Part shown: piece by piece, positions 27,107-36,194 of the stretch
Numbering within the stretch: position 1 is the first letter of the stretch
Layout of the letters: each line of letters starts with the position of its first letter
Source: Candidatus Flemingiibacterium sp.
GTDB taxonomy: Bacteria; Bacillota; Clostridia; Oscillospirales; CAG-272
Assembly: GCA_045644145.1 (NCBI GenBank)
Contig: JAZRGK010000063.1
Span: forward strand, 32,487-96,486
DNA: 64,000 bases
Direction of reading: 5' to 3'
The notes under the pieces: generated by a model
What the model saw: only the letters and a program-made list of their open reading frames with translations
What the model was told of the DNA's origin: nothing
Databases searched by the model: none
Position numbers and translations under genes: made by a program

Positions 27107-27523
27107 ATGGCAGAAAGAATTTTAGGCGTGGATTTCGGCGATACCCGTACCGGACTTGCCGTAAGCGATCTTCTCGGAATGCTTGCAAACGGTATCGGTT
27201 ATGTGAATTCAACGTATATGCCGAAGACTGCCGATATGGTGGCTGAAAAGGCAAAGGAGTACGGAGTTACCAAGATCGTGGTGGGGCTTCCCATAAATAT
27301 GAACGGAACTCTCGGACCGAGAGCTGAGCACGCAAAAGAATTTGCAGCAATGCTTGCCGAAAAAACCGGGCTTTCCGTGGAAATGTTTGATGAACGCTGC
27401 AGTACAATGGCAGCCCATCAGATATTGAATCTTACGGATACCAGAGGCAAGAAACGCAAAGCAGCAGTGGATACGCTGTCGGCACAGATAATTTTGCAGA
27501 ATTATCTTGACAGCAGGCGGTAA
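27107..27523 (+). CDS. ruvX: Holliday-junction-resolvase-like nuclease YqgF/RuvX
   Basis: ILGVDFGDTRTGLAVSD, VVGLPINMNGT, DERCST. Confidence 0.9.
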   Translation: MAERILGVDFGDTRTGLAVSDLLGMLANGIGYVNSTYMPKTADMVAEKAKEYGVTKIVVGLPINMNGTLGPRAEHAKEFAAMLAEKTGLSVEMFDERCSTMAAHQILNLTDTRGKKRKAAVDTLSAQIILQNYLDSRR

Positions 27524-27531
27524 ATGGAAAA

Positions 27532-27561
27532 TTCCCGAGGGGACATTTGTCCTCTCGGGAA
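27532..27561. terminator. Stem-loop terminator between convergent ruvX and the SGNH gene
   Basis: TTCCCGAGGGGAC attt GTCCTCTCGGGAA, a 13-bp stem with one G-U pair. Confidence 0.7.
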
Positions 27562-27578
27562 AATAATATGCTGAAACA

Positions 27579-28580
27579 TTACTCTTCATAGAGCTCCGCT
27601 TTATTAAACATGTTTCTGGTGTTATCATAGGCATCTGTATCAACGATATGGGTGCGGTAGTAGTCCGCAATTGCCGGATACGAAGCAATCTGAAGGTGCA
27701 CTCCGTCAGAAGCATGGGCAGGATCGAGAGTCCCGTCTTCCAACGCAAAGATGTCAGTTGGGTCAAGGAGAAACAGTGACATTTCAGCGGCGATCTTCCT
27801 GAGGTGCAGGTTGAATATTGCCGCCTTTTCGTTTGTGATGCCGAATTCTGTGGTTTCTGCGGCTTTTGTTGTTACCGGCATTATGAGCTGGATATAGATT
27901 GGAACGTTGGTTACTTCGCGGATTTTTACAATAAGCTCTCTATATGTGATTTCAAATTTTTCAACCGGCCACCCAAGCTCATTAAGTCCGAGGGCGATAT
28001 AAACGGTTTTGTAGTTTCCGCTCTCTTTTTCCAGTGCTTCAAAGAGCGTGTATGAGTGAAACTCGTCGTTTTCATCTTTCATACGGATAAATGGCGTTAC
28101 CTGGACGGTTCCTACGTTGGTTCCTACTGACGAGAAGTCATATGGGGACATTTCCGTGTACATTATAAGTCCCTTTGTGCGTGAATCTCCTATGAAAACG
28201 GTATCGTTGAAATATTCATATCCAACTGCGGCGCCTTGCGGAATCTCATCGCCAAAATCATAATAGACCGGCACATAGGGCGGGAGCGGTATATCGTCAA
28301 CACTGGTGGTATCGCAGGCGGGCGCGGAAGATTCAGCGGTGATTGCCAATGGCGTATGTGCGGTAATATATGTATGCGTATATTCGGTAGAAAGTGACAA
28401 AGCAAGGAGCACTGCGGCGGATACCGCAAGGAGCGCAAGAACTGCTTCAATAATAATCACAAAACGAGGAATGCACGGCTTGTCTTCCGGCAGTTCTTCG
28501 AATGCTTTTTGCAGCTTTTCGTCATAACTGTATTTTTTAGTGGGTTTGATGGGGTATATGTTGCTTGTACGCCTGCTCAT
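27579..28580 (-). CDS. Membrane-anchored SGNH/GDSL-like hydrolase
   Basis: One N-terminal TM helix (FVIIIEAVLALLAVSAAVLLALSL) and an FIGDSRT block I motif. The ATG at 28580 follows AGGAGGTG. The ORF-track start at 28625 is unsupported. Confidence 0.7.
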   Translation of the reverse strand: MSRRTSNIYPIKPTKKYSYDEKLQKAFEELPEDKPCIPRFVIIIEAVLALLAVSAAVLLALSLSTEYTHTYITAHTPLAITAESSAPACDTTSVDDIPLPPYVPVYYDFGDEIPQGAAVGYEYFNDTVFIGDSRTKGLIMYTEMSPYDFSSVGTNVGTVQVTPFIRMKDENDEFHSYTLFEALEKESGNYKTVYIALGLNELGWPVEKFEITYRELIVKIREVTNVPIYIQLIMPVTTKAAETTEFGITNEKAAIFNLHLRKIAAEMSLFLLDPTDIFALEDGTLDPAHASDGVHLQIASYPAIADYYRTHIVDTDAYDNTRNMFNKAELYEE

Positions 28581-28671
28581 GCTGTCACCTCCTAATTCTA
28601 ATGAATTTTTTGTTTCACACAACAATTATACCACATAATAAAAATTACTGCAATATTTTAGGGTGAAAATT

Positions 28672-29301
28672 ATGAAAATAAATTATCAGCTACAGCTTGA
28701 TGCTATTCTTGAAAAAATAAAGCATAGCGAAACAACAAAGCGCCTCTTGCTCCATGCATGCTGTGCTCCATGCTCAAGCTATGTGCTGGAATATCTTACC
28801 GAATACTTCGATATTACCGTATACTTCTATAATCCTAATATAACCGACCCTGCTGAATACAAAAAACGAGCCGAGGAGCTTTCGCGCCTTATTTCAATCA
28901 TGCCAAATAAAAATTCTGTAGAGCTTGTAGTGTGCAAGCATACACCGGAAGCCTTTTACCGTTTGTCTGCCGGTAAGGAAGATCTTCCGGAGGGAGGAGC
29001 ACGGTGTTTTGCATGCTATAATGAGCGCCTTGATGCAACTGCGCGGTATATGAAAGAAAGAATGTCAGACTTTGATTATTTTGCCACTACTCTGACCGTA
29101 AGTCCTCACAAAAATGCCGCAAAGCTAAACGAGATAGGCTTGGAGCTTGAAAAAATATACGGAACTCCATATCTCCCATCGGATTTCAAAAAGCGTGATG
29201 GGTATAAGCGTTCTATCGTGCTTTCGGGAGAATATTCACTGTACCGTCAGGATTTTTGCGGATGCGAATATTCAAAGGCATATAAGTATGGAAACAGTTA
29301 A
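28672..29301 (+). CDS. queH: Epoxyqueuosine reductase QueH (DUF208)
   Basis: LLLHACCAPCSSYVLEYL and C-terminal DFCGCEYS. An in-frame GTG at 28663 is an alternative start. Confidence 0.85.
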   Translation: MKINYQLQLDAILEKIKHSETTKRLLLHACCAPCSSYVLEYLTEYFDITVYFYNPNITDPAEYKKRAEELSRLISIMPNKNSVELVVCKHTPEAFYRLSAGKEDLPEGGARCFACYNERLDATARYMKERMSDFDYFATTLTVSPHKNAAKLNEIGLELEKIYGTPYLPSDFKKRDGYKRSIVLSGEYSLYRQDFCGCEYSKAYKYGNS

Positions 29302-29983
29302 AATTGGTGATACGGTTTGCGCGGTGAAGCGTTCCGGCAGAAAAACTGTCTGTATTCGTGTGACAGATGTCGGAGAAGCGGAGATTCTCGCGCCGTATGG
29401 GCTTTCTTCTGAGAAAATAGCCGCGATCTTTGGAAAGTACGGAGAAAAGCTTGCTGTTGAGTGTGAAAAACGCATAATTATGGCTTCACAAAGGGATGCA
29501 TTTTTTCTGGATTACGGAAGCTCCGTGCGGTGGCTTGGAGAAAAGCGGATACTGGTTTCGGAAGAAACTGACGGTGCCAATGAGAAAAATATGTTTTGTA
29601 TTCCTGCAAATCTTCATCCGGAAGAAATTCGCAGTGCAGTTATAGCAAAGTACAAATCAGAAGCGGTGGCTTATATATCCCAAAGAGTAAAGCATATATC
29701 ACAGCAAATGGGGCTTTCCCCTATTGCTGTGAAGATAAATTCAGCCAAATCGCACTGGGCAAGCTGTTCAAGGAAAAAGTCACTCAATTTTTCCTATTTC
29801 TGTATGATGGCTGAGCCTCGTGCAGTGGATTATATCATAATCCATGAGTTGTGTCATATGTTGGAGTTTAATCATTCGTCGAAATTCTGGGCGCAGGTTG
29901 AGAAGCAATGTCCCGAATACAAGTTGCACAAGAGGTATCTCAGCGATTTATGGAAAGAGATAAGGTGCGAAATGTGGGAATGA
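29288..29983 (+). CDS. YgjP-like (DUF45/M48-type) metal-dependent hydrolase
   Basis: IIIHELCHMLEFNHSSKFW. The ATG at 29288 (METVKIG...) overlaps the queH end by 14 nt. The ORF-track start at 29147 lies deep inside queH. Confidence 0.8.
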   Translation: METVKIGDTVCAVKRSGRKTVCIRVTDVGEAEILAPYGLSSEKIAAIFGKYGEKLAVECEKRIIMASQRDAFFLDYGSSVRWLGEKRILVSEETDGANEKNMFCIPANLHPEEIRSAVIAKYKSEAVAYISQRVKHISQQMGLSPIAVKINSAKSHWASCSRKKSLNFSYFCMMAEPRAVDYIIIHELCHMLEFNHSSKFWAQVEKQCPEYKLHKRYLSDLWKEIRCEMWE

Positions 29984-29994
29984 TATATGCCACT

Positions 29995-30022
29995 AAGAGG
30001 ACACAGCTTTTTGTGTCCTCTT
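29995..30022 (+). terminator. Rho-independent terminator
   Basis: AAGAGGACACA gcttttt TGTGTCCTCTT, an 11-bp perfect stem followed by a T-rich tail. Confidence 0.75.
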
Positions 30023-30247
30023 TGCGTGTTTTAAATTGGAATTTAGCATAAAACAAAAAAATTTGATAAAAAATACGTTTTCCTCTTTATTTAATGCAAA
30101 ATATATGTTATAATGATGACATACTGAAGTGATTATACCCATTGATCTTGATTCTCTGCAGTATTGATTTCGCTGTACGACAGATTTTGGGTATACGAGA
30201 TTCAAAGTGAAAGGCGGCTTTCAAACAAAGAAAGCCTGGAGCGTTAT

Positions 30248-31834
30248 ATGAATAATAACCGTCACCCAAATAACGGGCGGCAAAACCGTCCGCAGAATAA
30301 CGGAGCAGGTAGGAGATCTGCAAGACCGACAGGTGCATATCAAAATCAAAGGTCTGGAAATGCGCAAAGTGCAGGCAATGGCAAATATACACGTGATGCA
30401 AGCACACAGCGCAGTCGCACGCCTCAAAGCGGCAGACCTGCGCAGGCTCAGCACTCATCTATGGGGCGTATTTCTAATCAGAATCCCACAAAACGGCGTT
30501 CTGAGCGCGACAGCGTAAGACTTACGCCAGAGCAGATCGAAATAAACAGAGTTAACCGCCAAAGAGAAAAGTATTATATCAAGAAGCGCAGATCAGCGGT
30601 TATAAGGACTTATTTTTCGAGAACAGTGCTCTTCTTTGCTGTTTTTGCGATTATGATGGGTATATGCAGTGCACTGCTGTTTCTTGATCTTACACATGTA
30701 GACGCGCCTGATTCATCTCGCTACAGCTACACGGTGGGAGATGAAAAATATTCACTTCCATATGCGAAAGCGGTGAAAAACGGCAGAGTATACATAAGTT
30801 TTACCGATATCGCTGAGATGTGCGATCTTGCCGTGACCGGTTCGGCGGACGACATGAAATATGTCATAAAAGGTGATGAAGCGGAAACTATACGCTTTGT
30901 TACCGGTACCAGGGTTGTGTATGTTAACGGTATCGAAACAAGACTGGGTACAGAATGTTATTTTGAAAACGACGAGCTTTATGTCCCGGTGGATTTTGTG
31001 AGCACCTATTTTAAGGGGCTTGATACTACCCTTGATGAGCGCACGCATAAGGTTTCTGTTTCAAGAATAATAACCAATCTCAATGAAAAAGGCAAGCTTG
31101 ACAAAAACGCCGAGGCTGAATATGCGGAGCTTTCGTTCCTGCTTCAATCACCGCTGGGTCTTGATCCGCTTAATGAGGAAGAGGAAGCACTTGCCAGCAT
31201 GCCGGACCTTGGTTTTATAACAAATCTCACGGTATACGAAGATTATATGAATCCGGGCAATACCACTGAATTTTTGACACTTGTTAATGTAAACAACAAG
31301 CTTGACGCAAGCTATGCTCCACAGGATTTAATGAACGTATCCGCGACACGCAACGACGGGCGTGAAATGCAGCTTCTCAGAGAAAATGCGGCAATGGCAC
31401 TTGAAGCGCTCTTCAGAGAAATGAAAGCGGCAGGATACGAGGATGTCAGCGTAACAAGCGCATACAGAAGTTACAGTTATCAGGAGTATTTGTTCAACTA
31501 CTATCTTGGTCTTAACGGTGGCGATTATGATAAGGTGGCATCCTTCTCAAATCCCCCCGGTTCGAGCGAGCATCAAACCGGGCTGTGCCTTGACATGCAT
31601 AATCTGCCTGCGGCGGACAAGGCTTTCGGTGAAACCGATGCTTTTAAATGGCTTGAGCAAAACTGCTGGAAGTTTGGCTTTATTCTTCGCTATCCCAAAG
31701 ATAAAATGGACATAACCGGTATAGACTATGAGCCGTGGCATTACCGTTATGTTGGACGCTACCATGCACAGCGCATGTATCAGTCGGGAATGTGCCTTGA
31801 GGAATACGTTGAATATATAAATGCAGGCAACTGA
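30248..31834 (+). CDS. VanY/M15B-type D-alanyl-D-alanine carboxypeptidase with a disordered cytoplasmic N-terminus, a TM helix and a stalk domain
   Basis: SAYRSYSYQEYLF, SEHQTGLCLDM and EPWHYRYVG zinc-peptidase motifs. TM helix VLFFAVFAIMMGICSALLFL. The ATG at 30248 sits 7 nt after GGAG. Confidence 0.85.
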   Translation: MNNNRHPNNGRQNRPQNNGAGRRSARPTGAYQNQRSGNAQSAGNGKYTRDASTQRSRTPQSGRPAQAQHSSMGRISNQNPTKRRSERDSVRLTPEQIEINRVNRQREKYYIKKRRSAVIRTYFSRTVLFFAVFAIMMGICSALLFLDLTHVDAPDSSRYSYTVGDEKYSLPYAKAVKNGRVYISFTDIAEMCDLAVTGSADDMKYVIKGDEAETIRFVTGTRVVYVNGIETRLGTECYFENDELYVPVDFVSTYFKGLDTTLDERTHKVSVSRIITNLNEKGKLDKNAEAEYAELSFLLQSPLGLDPLNEEEEALASMPDLGFITNLTVYEDYMNPGNTTEFLTLVNVNNKLDASYAPQDLMNVSATRNDGREMQLLRENAAMALEALFREMKAAGYEDVSVTSAYRSYSYQEYLFNYYLGLNGGDYDKVASFSNPPGSSEHQTGLCLDMHNLPAADKAFGETDAFKWLEQNCWKFGFILRYPKDKMDITGIDYEPWHYRYVGRYHAQRMYQSGMCLEEYVEYINAGN

Positions 31835-31931
31835 CGGAATTTGACGTATAAATATCTATTTTAGTTTGTTAAAATGTACATTGCTGCGGCGAGTTTTTGT
31901 CTTGCGGCTGTCGACGATTACGAAATTTCAT

Positions 31932-31970
31932 AAAAAAGCCGTATTGCACTTGACAAAATGCGGCTTTTTT
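31932..31970 (+). terminator. Rho-independent terminator of the VanY-type gene
   Basis: AGCCGTATT ... AATGCGGCT, a 9-bp stem with one G-U pair, followed by TTTTTT (31965-31970). Confidence 0.7.
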
Positions 31971-31978
31971 CATATAAT
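31950..31978 (+). promoter_or_regulatory. Consensus sigma-A promoter of lysC, embedded in the preceding terminator
   Basis: TTGACA (31950-31955), 17 nt, then TATAAT (31973-31978). Confidence 0.65.
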
Positions 31979-32032
31979 ATAGTATGTATTATAATTTGAA
32001 CAATAATAAATTTGTAAATAGAGGTAATTATC

Positions 32033-33346
32033 GTGCTGAAAGTTGTAAAATTCGGCGGAAGCTCCCTTGCTGATGCCGCACAGTTTAAAAAAGTTGCTGA
32101 TATAATAAAGGCTGAGCCTGAGCGCCGTTATGTTGTTCCTTCCGCGCCCGGAAAGCGCAATAAGAACGATACCAAGGTAACCGATATGTTGTATTCCTGC
32201 TATGAGCTTGCGGCTAAGGGCGAGGATATCGGAAAGTGCTTTACGGAGATCGAGGAGCGTTATAACGGCATAATCAAGGAACTTGAACTTGACTTCTCCC
32301 TCGAAGAGGATTTCCGCCTCATCAAGAATGCATTTATTCACAAGGCAGGACGCGATTTCGCGGCAAGCCGAGGCGAATATCTTAACGGTAAGATACTGGC
32401 AAAGTATCTCGGATTCGATTTTATAGATGCTGCTGAGGTGATATTTTTCAACGATAACGGCAAATTCGATTCCGAGCGTACAAACACAGTGCTTTCTGCC
32501 GCACTCAAGCAGCATGAATATGCGGTTATTCCCGGATTCTACGGTTCTATGCCCAACGATACCATAAAGACATTTTCAAGAGGCGGTTCCGATATCACCG
32601 GTTCTATAGTTGCACGCGCGGCTGAATGTGATATCTACGAAAACTGGACCGACGTTGACGGCTTCCTTATGGCTGACCCTCGAATCGTTGATAACCCCCG
32701 CGTGATCAGTGAGATCACATATCATGAGCTTCGCGAGCTTTCCTACATGGGTGCGACCGTTCTTCATGAGGATGCTATTTTCCCTGTAAGAATTGCGGGA
32801 ATTCCGATAAATATAAGAAATACCAATAACCCTGAGGCACGCGGTACGTTCATCGTTTCCCAGAGCGACAAATACGATACCGGCAATGTTATTACCGGTG
32901 TTGCAGGCAAGAAGGGCTTCTCCGTACTTAATATCGAAAAGGACATGATGAATGCCGAAGTTGGCTTTGGCAGACGTGTGCTTGAGGTTCTTGAGGCAAA
33001 CGGTATCTGCTTTGAGCATCTGCCTTCCGGCATTGACAACATGGGCGTTGTGCTTAATACCCACGATATCGAGGGTAAGCGCGAGGCTATCAAGTCGGGC
33101 ATCTGCCGTCAGGTAAATCCCGATGTTATTGATATTGAGGATGGACTTGCGCTTGTTGCGGTTGTAGGCCGCGCTATGGTTAAAGCTAAGGGTACAGCGG
33201 CTCGCGTATTCAAGGCTATAAGCGGTGCGGGCATCAATATCCGTATGATCGACCAGGGTTCAAGCGAAATTTCCATTATAGTAGGCGTTGAAGAGGCAGA
33301 CTTCGAGGATGCACTCCGCGCTATTTATCAGGAATTTGTATATTAA
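32033..33346 (+). CDS. lysC: Aspartate kinase
   Basis: LKVVKFGGSSLADA, a kinase domain plus a C-terminal ACT-like region. GTG start after AGAGGT. Confidence 0.9.
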   Translation: MLKVVKFGGSSLADAAQFKKVADIIKAEPERRYVVPSAPGKRNKNDTKVTDMLYSCYELAAKGEDIGKCFTEIEERYNGIIKELELDFSLEEDFRLIKNAFIHKAGRDFAASRGEYLNGKILAKYLGFDFIDAAEVIFFNDNGKFDSERTNTVLSAALKQHEYAVIPGFYGSMPNDTIKTFSRGGSDITGSIVARAAECDIYENWTDVDGFLMADPRIVDNPRVISEITYHELRELSYMGATVLHEDAIFPVRIAGIPINIRNTNNPEARGTFIVSQSDKYDTGNVITGVAGKKGFSVLNIEKDMMNAEVGFGRRVLEVLEANGICFEHLPSGIDNMGVVLNTHDIEGKREAIKSGICRQVNPDVIDIEDGLALVAVVGRAMVKAKGTAARVFKAISGAGINIRMIDQGSSEISIIVGVEEADFEDALRAIYQEFVY

Positions 33347-33377
33347 TTTGTATAATAAGTAGAAGAAGGCATACAGA

Positions 33378-34199
33378 ATGTACAGTACAAGGAAGTACAA
33401 AATTTTCGATATACATACCCATACATACCCCGAGGCAATATCGGAAAGGGCTGTCACAAGTCTTAACGCATTCTACAACTTCGTCTGTGAAGGTGAGGGA
33501 ACTTATGCCGACCTTGAGAGAAACAGCCTTGCGCATAACGTAAAGGGCATGCTCCTTTTTTCGGTGGCAACCAATGCCCATCAGGTGCAGAAGGTTAACG
33601 ATTCCATTGCCGCGCTTGCGAAGAAATCGGGTGAGGACGGTTTTGAAACCGTAGGTTTTATGGGAATGCATCAGGATTATCCGGATTTTGCGGCAGAGGT
33701 TGACAGAGCTGAGGCAATGGGACTCCGCGGTGTCAAGATACATCCCGACATTCAGGGTGTTGACATCGATGATCCAAAAATGATGGCACTTTACGAAATA
33801 ATCGAAGGTCGAATGCCGCTGTATCTGCATATTGGCGATAACCGTCCCCAGTACCGCTTCTCTCAGCCTGAGAAATTAGCCAAAGTTCTTGATCGTTTTC
33901 CGAAGCTTGAAGCTGTTGCGGCACATCTCGGCGGATATATGACATGGGACGATTCGGTGAACTATCTTGCCGGGCGTCCGAATGTGTGGTATGATACATC
34001 AAGTGCGCTGTGGGCGATGACTCCTGAAAAAGCAGGCGAGCTTATTCATAAGTTCGGTGCGGACAGAGTTATGTTCGGAACAGACTACCCTGTAAAGAAC
34101 ACCGAGGGTGAAATAGAACGCTTTTTGAAGATTGAACTCACGGAACAAGAGCGTGAGGATATATTCTATAATAACGCAAAGAGATTTTTAAAGATATGA
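33378..34199 (+). CDS. Amidohydrolase-family (TIM-barrel metal-dependent) hydrolase
   Basis: KIFDIHTHTYP N-terminal metal motif, VAAHLGG, FGTDYP. Confidence 0.75.
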   Translation: MYSTRKYKIFDIHTHTYPEAISERAVTSLNAFYNFVCEGEGTYADLERNSLAHNVKGMLLFSVATNAHQVQKVNDSIAALAKKSGEDGFETVGFMGMHQDYPDFAAEVDRAEAMGLRGVKIHPDIQGVDIDDPKMMALYEIIEGRMPLYLHIGDNRPQYRFSQPEKLAKVLDRFPKLEAVAAHLGGYMTWDDSVNYLAGRPNVWYDTSSALWAMTPEKAGELIHKFGADRVMFGTDYPVKNTEGEIERFLKIELTEQEREDIFYNNAKRFLKI

Positions 34200-35290
34200 A
34201 AATATGTCATTCGGTAAATGAGATTGAGGCCAGCCGCGACATGTGGCAGACGTTGAAAGAAAGCACAAAACCGATAGTGATGTACGGAATGGGAAACGGC
34301 GCGGATAAGATCCTCGCCGTTTTTTCGGAAAAAGGGATAGAGGTTTCCGGCTTTTTCGCATCTGATGGATTTGTGCGTCATCAGCAGTTTCACGGTAAAA
34401 CTGTTATGAGTTATGCTGAAATATGCGAGAAATATGAGGATTTTATAGTTGTCGTATCCTTCGGATCCCGACTTCCCGAGGTGCTTAGTAATATATATCG
34501 GATTGACTCCGAGAGGGAACTGTATATCCCAGACGTACCCGTTGTAGGCGAGGAGATTTTCGATCTTGCCTTTTTTGAGAAGCATAGAGATGAGCTTTCT
34601 TCTGCATGTGAACTGCTTGCGGATGAGCTTTCACGTCAGACATTCTGTGATGTGGTAATGTACAAGCTTACGGGTAAGACCCAATACCTGCGCCGTCATA
34701 CGGTAACACCGAATGACGTTATGCACGGTGTGCTTAATTCCGAAAAGTATCGCAGATGCGCTGATCTTGGCGCATACAATGGCGACAGCATACGGGAGCT
34801 TGCGGAATATGCCAAGTCACTTTCCCGTGTTACCGCCTTCGAGCCGGACACAAAGAATTACAGAAAGCTACGCACCTTCGCCGAGAGCGCACCTTATAAA
34901 ATAAGCGCCTGCAACTGCGCCGCATGGGATAAAGAGGAAATGCTAACGTTCACGGCAGGTGCTAACCGAAATTCTACTTTAATCGGCAGAGTGGGGGTCA
35001 AAACCGGGGCCAAAATAAAGACCGTTGCTGCCGCAAGACTCGATAGCCTGCTTACAGGTGGATGTGATTACATTAAATACGACGTTGAAGGGGCGGAATA
35101 TGAGGCTATCCTCGGCTCACGGGAAGTAATTGCAAGGGAATATCCCGATTTGCTTGTTTCTATGTACCATAAAAGCGAAGACATGTATCGTCTGCCGCTT
35201 CTTGTAAGTGAGCTTGGGTACGGGAAGCTGTATTTAAGGCGGTACGAGTATGTGCCGGCTTGGGATCTTAATTTACTTGCGGTAAAATAG
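34196..35290 (+). CDS. FkbM-family SAM-dependent methyltransferase
   Basis: CADLGAYNGDS, FEPD, DYIKYDVEGAE are typical FkbM blocks. ATGA overlap with the upstream stop. Confidence 0.75.
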   Translation: MKICHSVNEIEASRDMWQTLKESTKPIVMYGMGNGADKILAVFSEKGIEVSGFFASDGFVRHQQFHGKTVMSYAEICEKYEDFIVVVSFGSRLPEVLSNIYRIDSERELYIPDVPVVGEEIFDLAFFEKHRDELSSACELLADELSRQTFCDVVMYKLTGKTQYLRRHTVTPNDVMHGVLNSEKYRRCADLGAYNGDSIRELAEYAKSLSRVTAFEPDTKNYRKLRTFAESAPYKISACNCAAWDKEEMLTFTAGANRNSTLIGRVGVKTGAKIKTVAAARLDSLLTGGCDYIKYDVEGAEYEAILGSREVIAREYPDLLVSMYHKSEDMYRLPLLVSELGYGKLYLRRYEYVPAWDLNLLAVK

Positions 35291-35389
35291 TGGTTCTTAC
35301 TGTGGTTGTCACCTTTTTGTAAACAATTACGGCATGAATTGATTTTTTAGGCTGTTTATGGTAAAATAATAGTAGTATATAATCGTGAG

Positions 35390-36058
35390 GTGATTACTGT
35401 GTATTACCGTCAGAATTTTCTTAATAAGCTTTCGCGCAAATACAGCAAATTTGCAATAAAAAATCTTATGCTGATACTTATCGGCGCAATGGGCATTGTT
35501 TTTCTTATGAATCTGATGCTAACACGAAGCATGGGCGTGTCCTTATACTATGCTTTGACGTTTGACCGCGCGGCAATACTTGCCGGAGAAGTATGGAGAA
35601 TATTTACATTCCTGTTTCTTCCCCCGGCTTCAGGGGTTGCGCTTGCCGTGCTGATGTTGTATTTCTACTATTTTATCGGTTCGTCGCTTGAGGATCAGTG
35701 GGGAGCCTTCGGTTTTACCGCGTTTTATGCTTTGGGTGCGCTTGGCTCCATAATTTCCGGATTTATTACCGGATATGCGGACAATACCTATCTGAATCTT
35801 ACGCTTTTCCTTGCATACGCAATACTTTATCCGAAAACCGAGTTCAGGCTGTTTTTCCTAATCCCCATAGAGGCAAAATGGATAGGAATAGCGGATGCTG
35901 CAGTTCTTTTGTGGCTGTTCATTACCAGCTCATGGTCAGGGCGGCTTGGTATAGTTGTGGCGCTCATAAACATTATCATCTTTTTTACTCCCCATCTCAA
36001 GGATTACCTGAACACGCTTTACCGCAGATGGAAGTGGAATCAGAACTTTAGGAAATAA
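35390..36058 (+). CDS. Polytopic membrane protein, rhomboid-like (possibly non-catalytic)
   Basis: GEVWRIFTFLFLP and FIGSSLEDQWG resemble rhomboid TM2/L1 motifs, and GALGSIISG resembles the Ser region. The GTG at 35399, 6 nt after GAGGTG, is an equally good start. Confidence 0.5.
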   Translation: MITVYYRQNFLNKLSRKYSKFAIKNLMLILIGAMGIVFLMNLMLTRSMGVSLYYALTFDRAAILAGEVWRIFTFLFLPPASGVALAVLMLYFYYFIGSSLEDQWGAFGFTAFYALGALGSIISGFITGYADNTYLNLTLFLAYAILYPKTEFRLFFLIPIEAKWIGIADAAVLLWLFITSSWSGRLGIVVALINIIIFFTPHLKDYLNTLYRRWKWNQNFRK

Positions 36059-36090
36059 AATGAAGCGTGAACAGTATTTACGTTCATACG

Positions 36091-36130
36091 GAGCTGACTC
36101 AAATGAGAATTTTTGAGTCGGCTCTATTTA
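36091..36130 (+). terminator. Rho-independent terminator
   Basis: GAGCTGACTCAAA ... TTTGAGTCGGCTC, a 13-bp stem with one G-U pair, then TATTT. Confidence 0.65.
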
Positions 36131-36194
36131 CATTTATAATTATTTGTGGTATACTCTATAATAGTGATAAAATCGAGATTTCGGAGGATCGCCC

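Noticed and set aside
31835-32032. Lysine riboswitch (L-box) upstream of lysC
   Set aside because: A perfect promoter at 31950-31978 leaves too short a leader. The upstream part is the terminator of the preceding gene, and no L-box-like multi-stem junction is evident.
36066-36087. GAAC...GTTC inverted repeat upstream of uvrB as a LexA (Cheo) box
   Set aside because: The half-sites are separated by 9 nt (GAACagtatttacGTTC) rather than the 4 nt of the Firmicute consensus CGAAC-N4-GTTCG. The repeat also lies upstream of a terminator hairpin rather than at the uvrB promoter.
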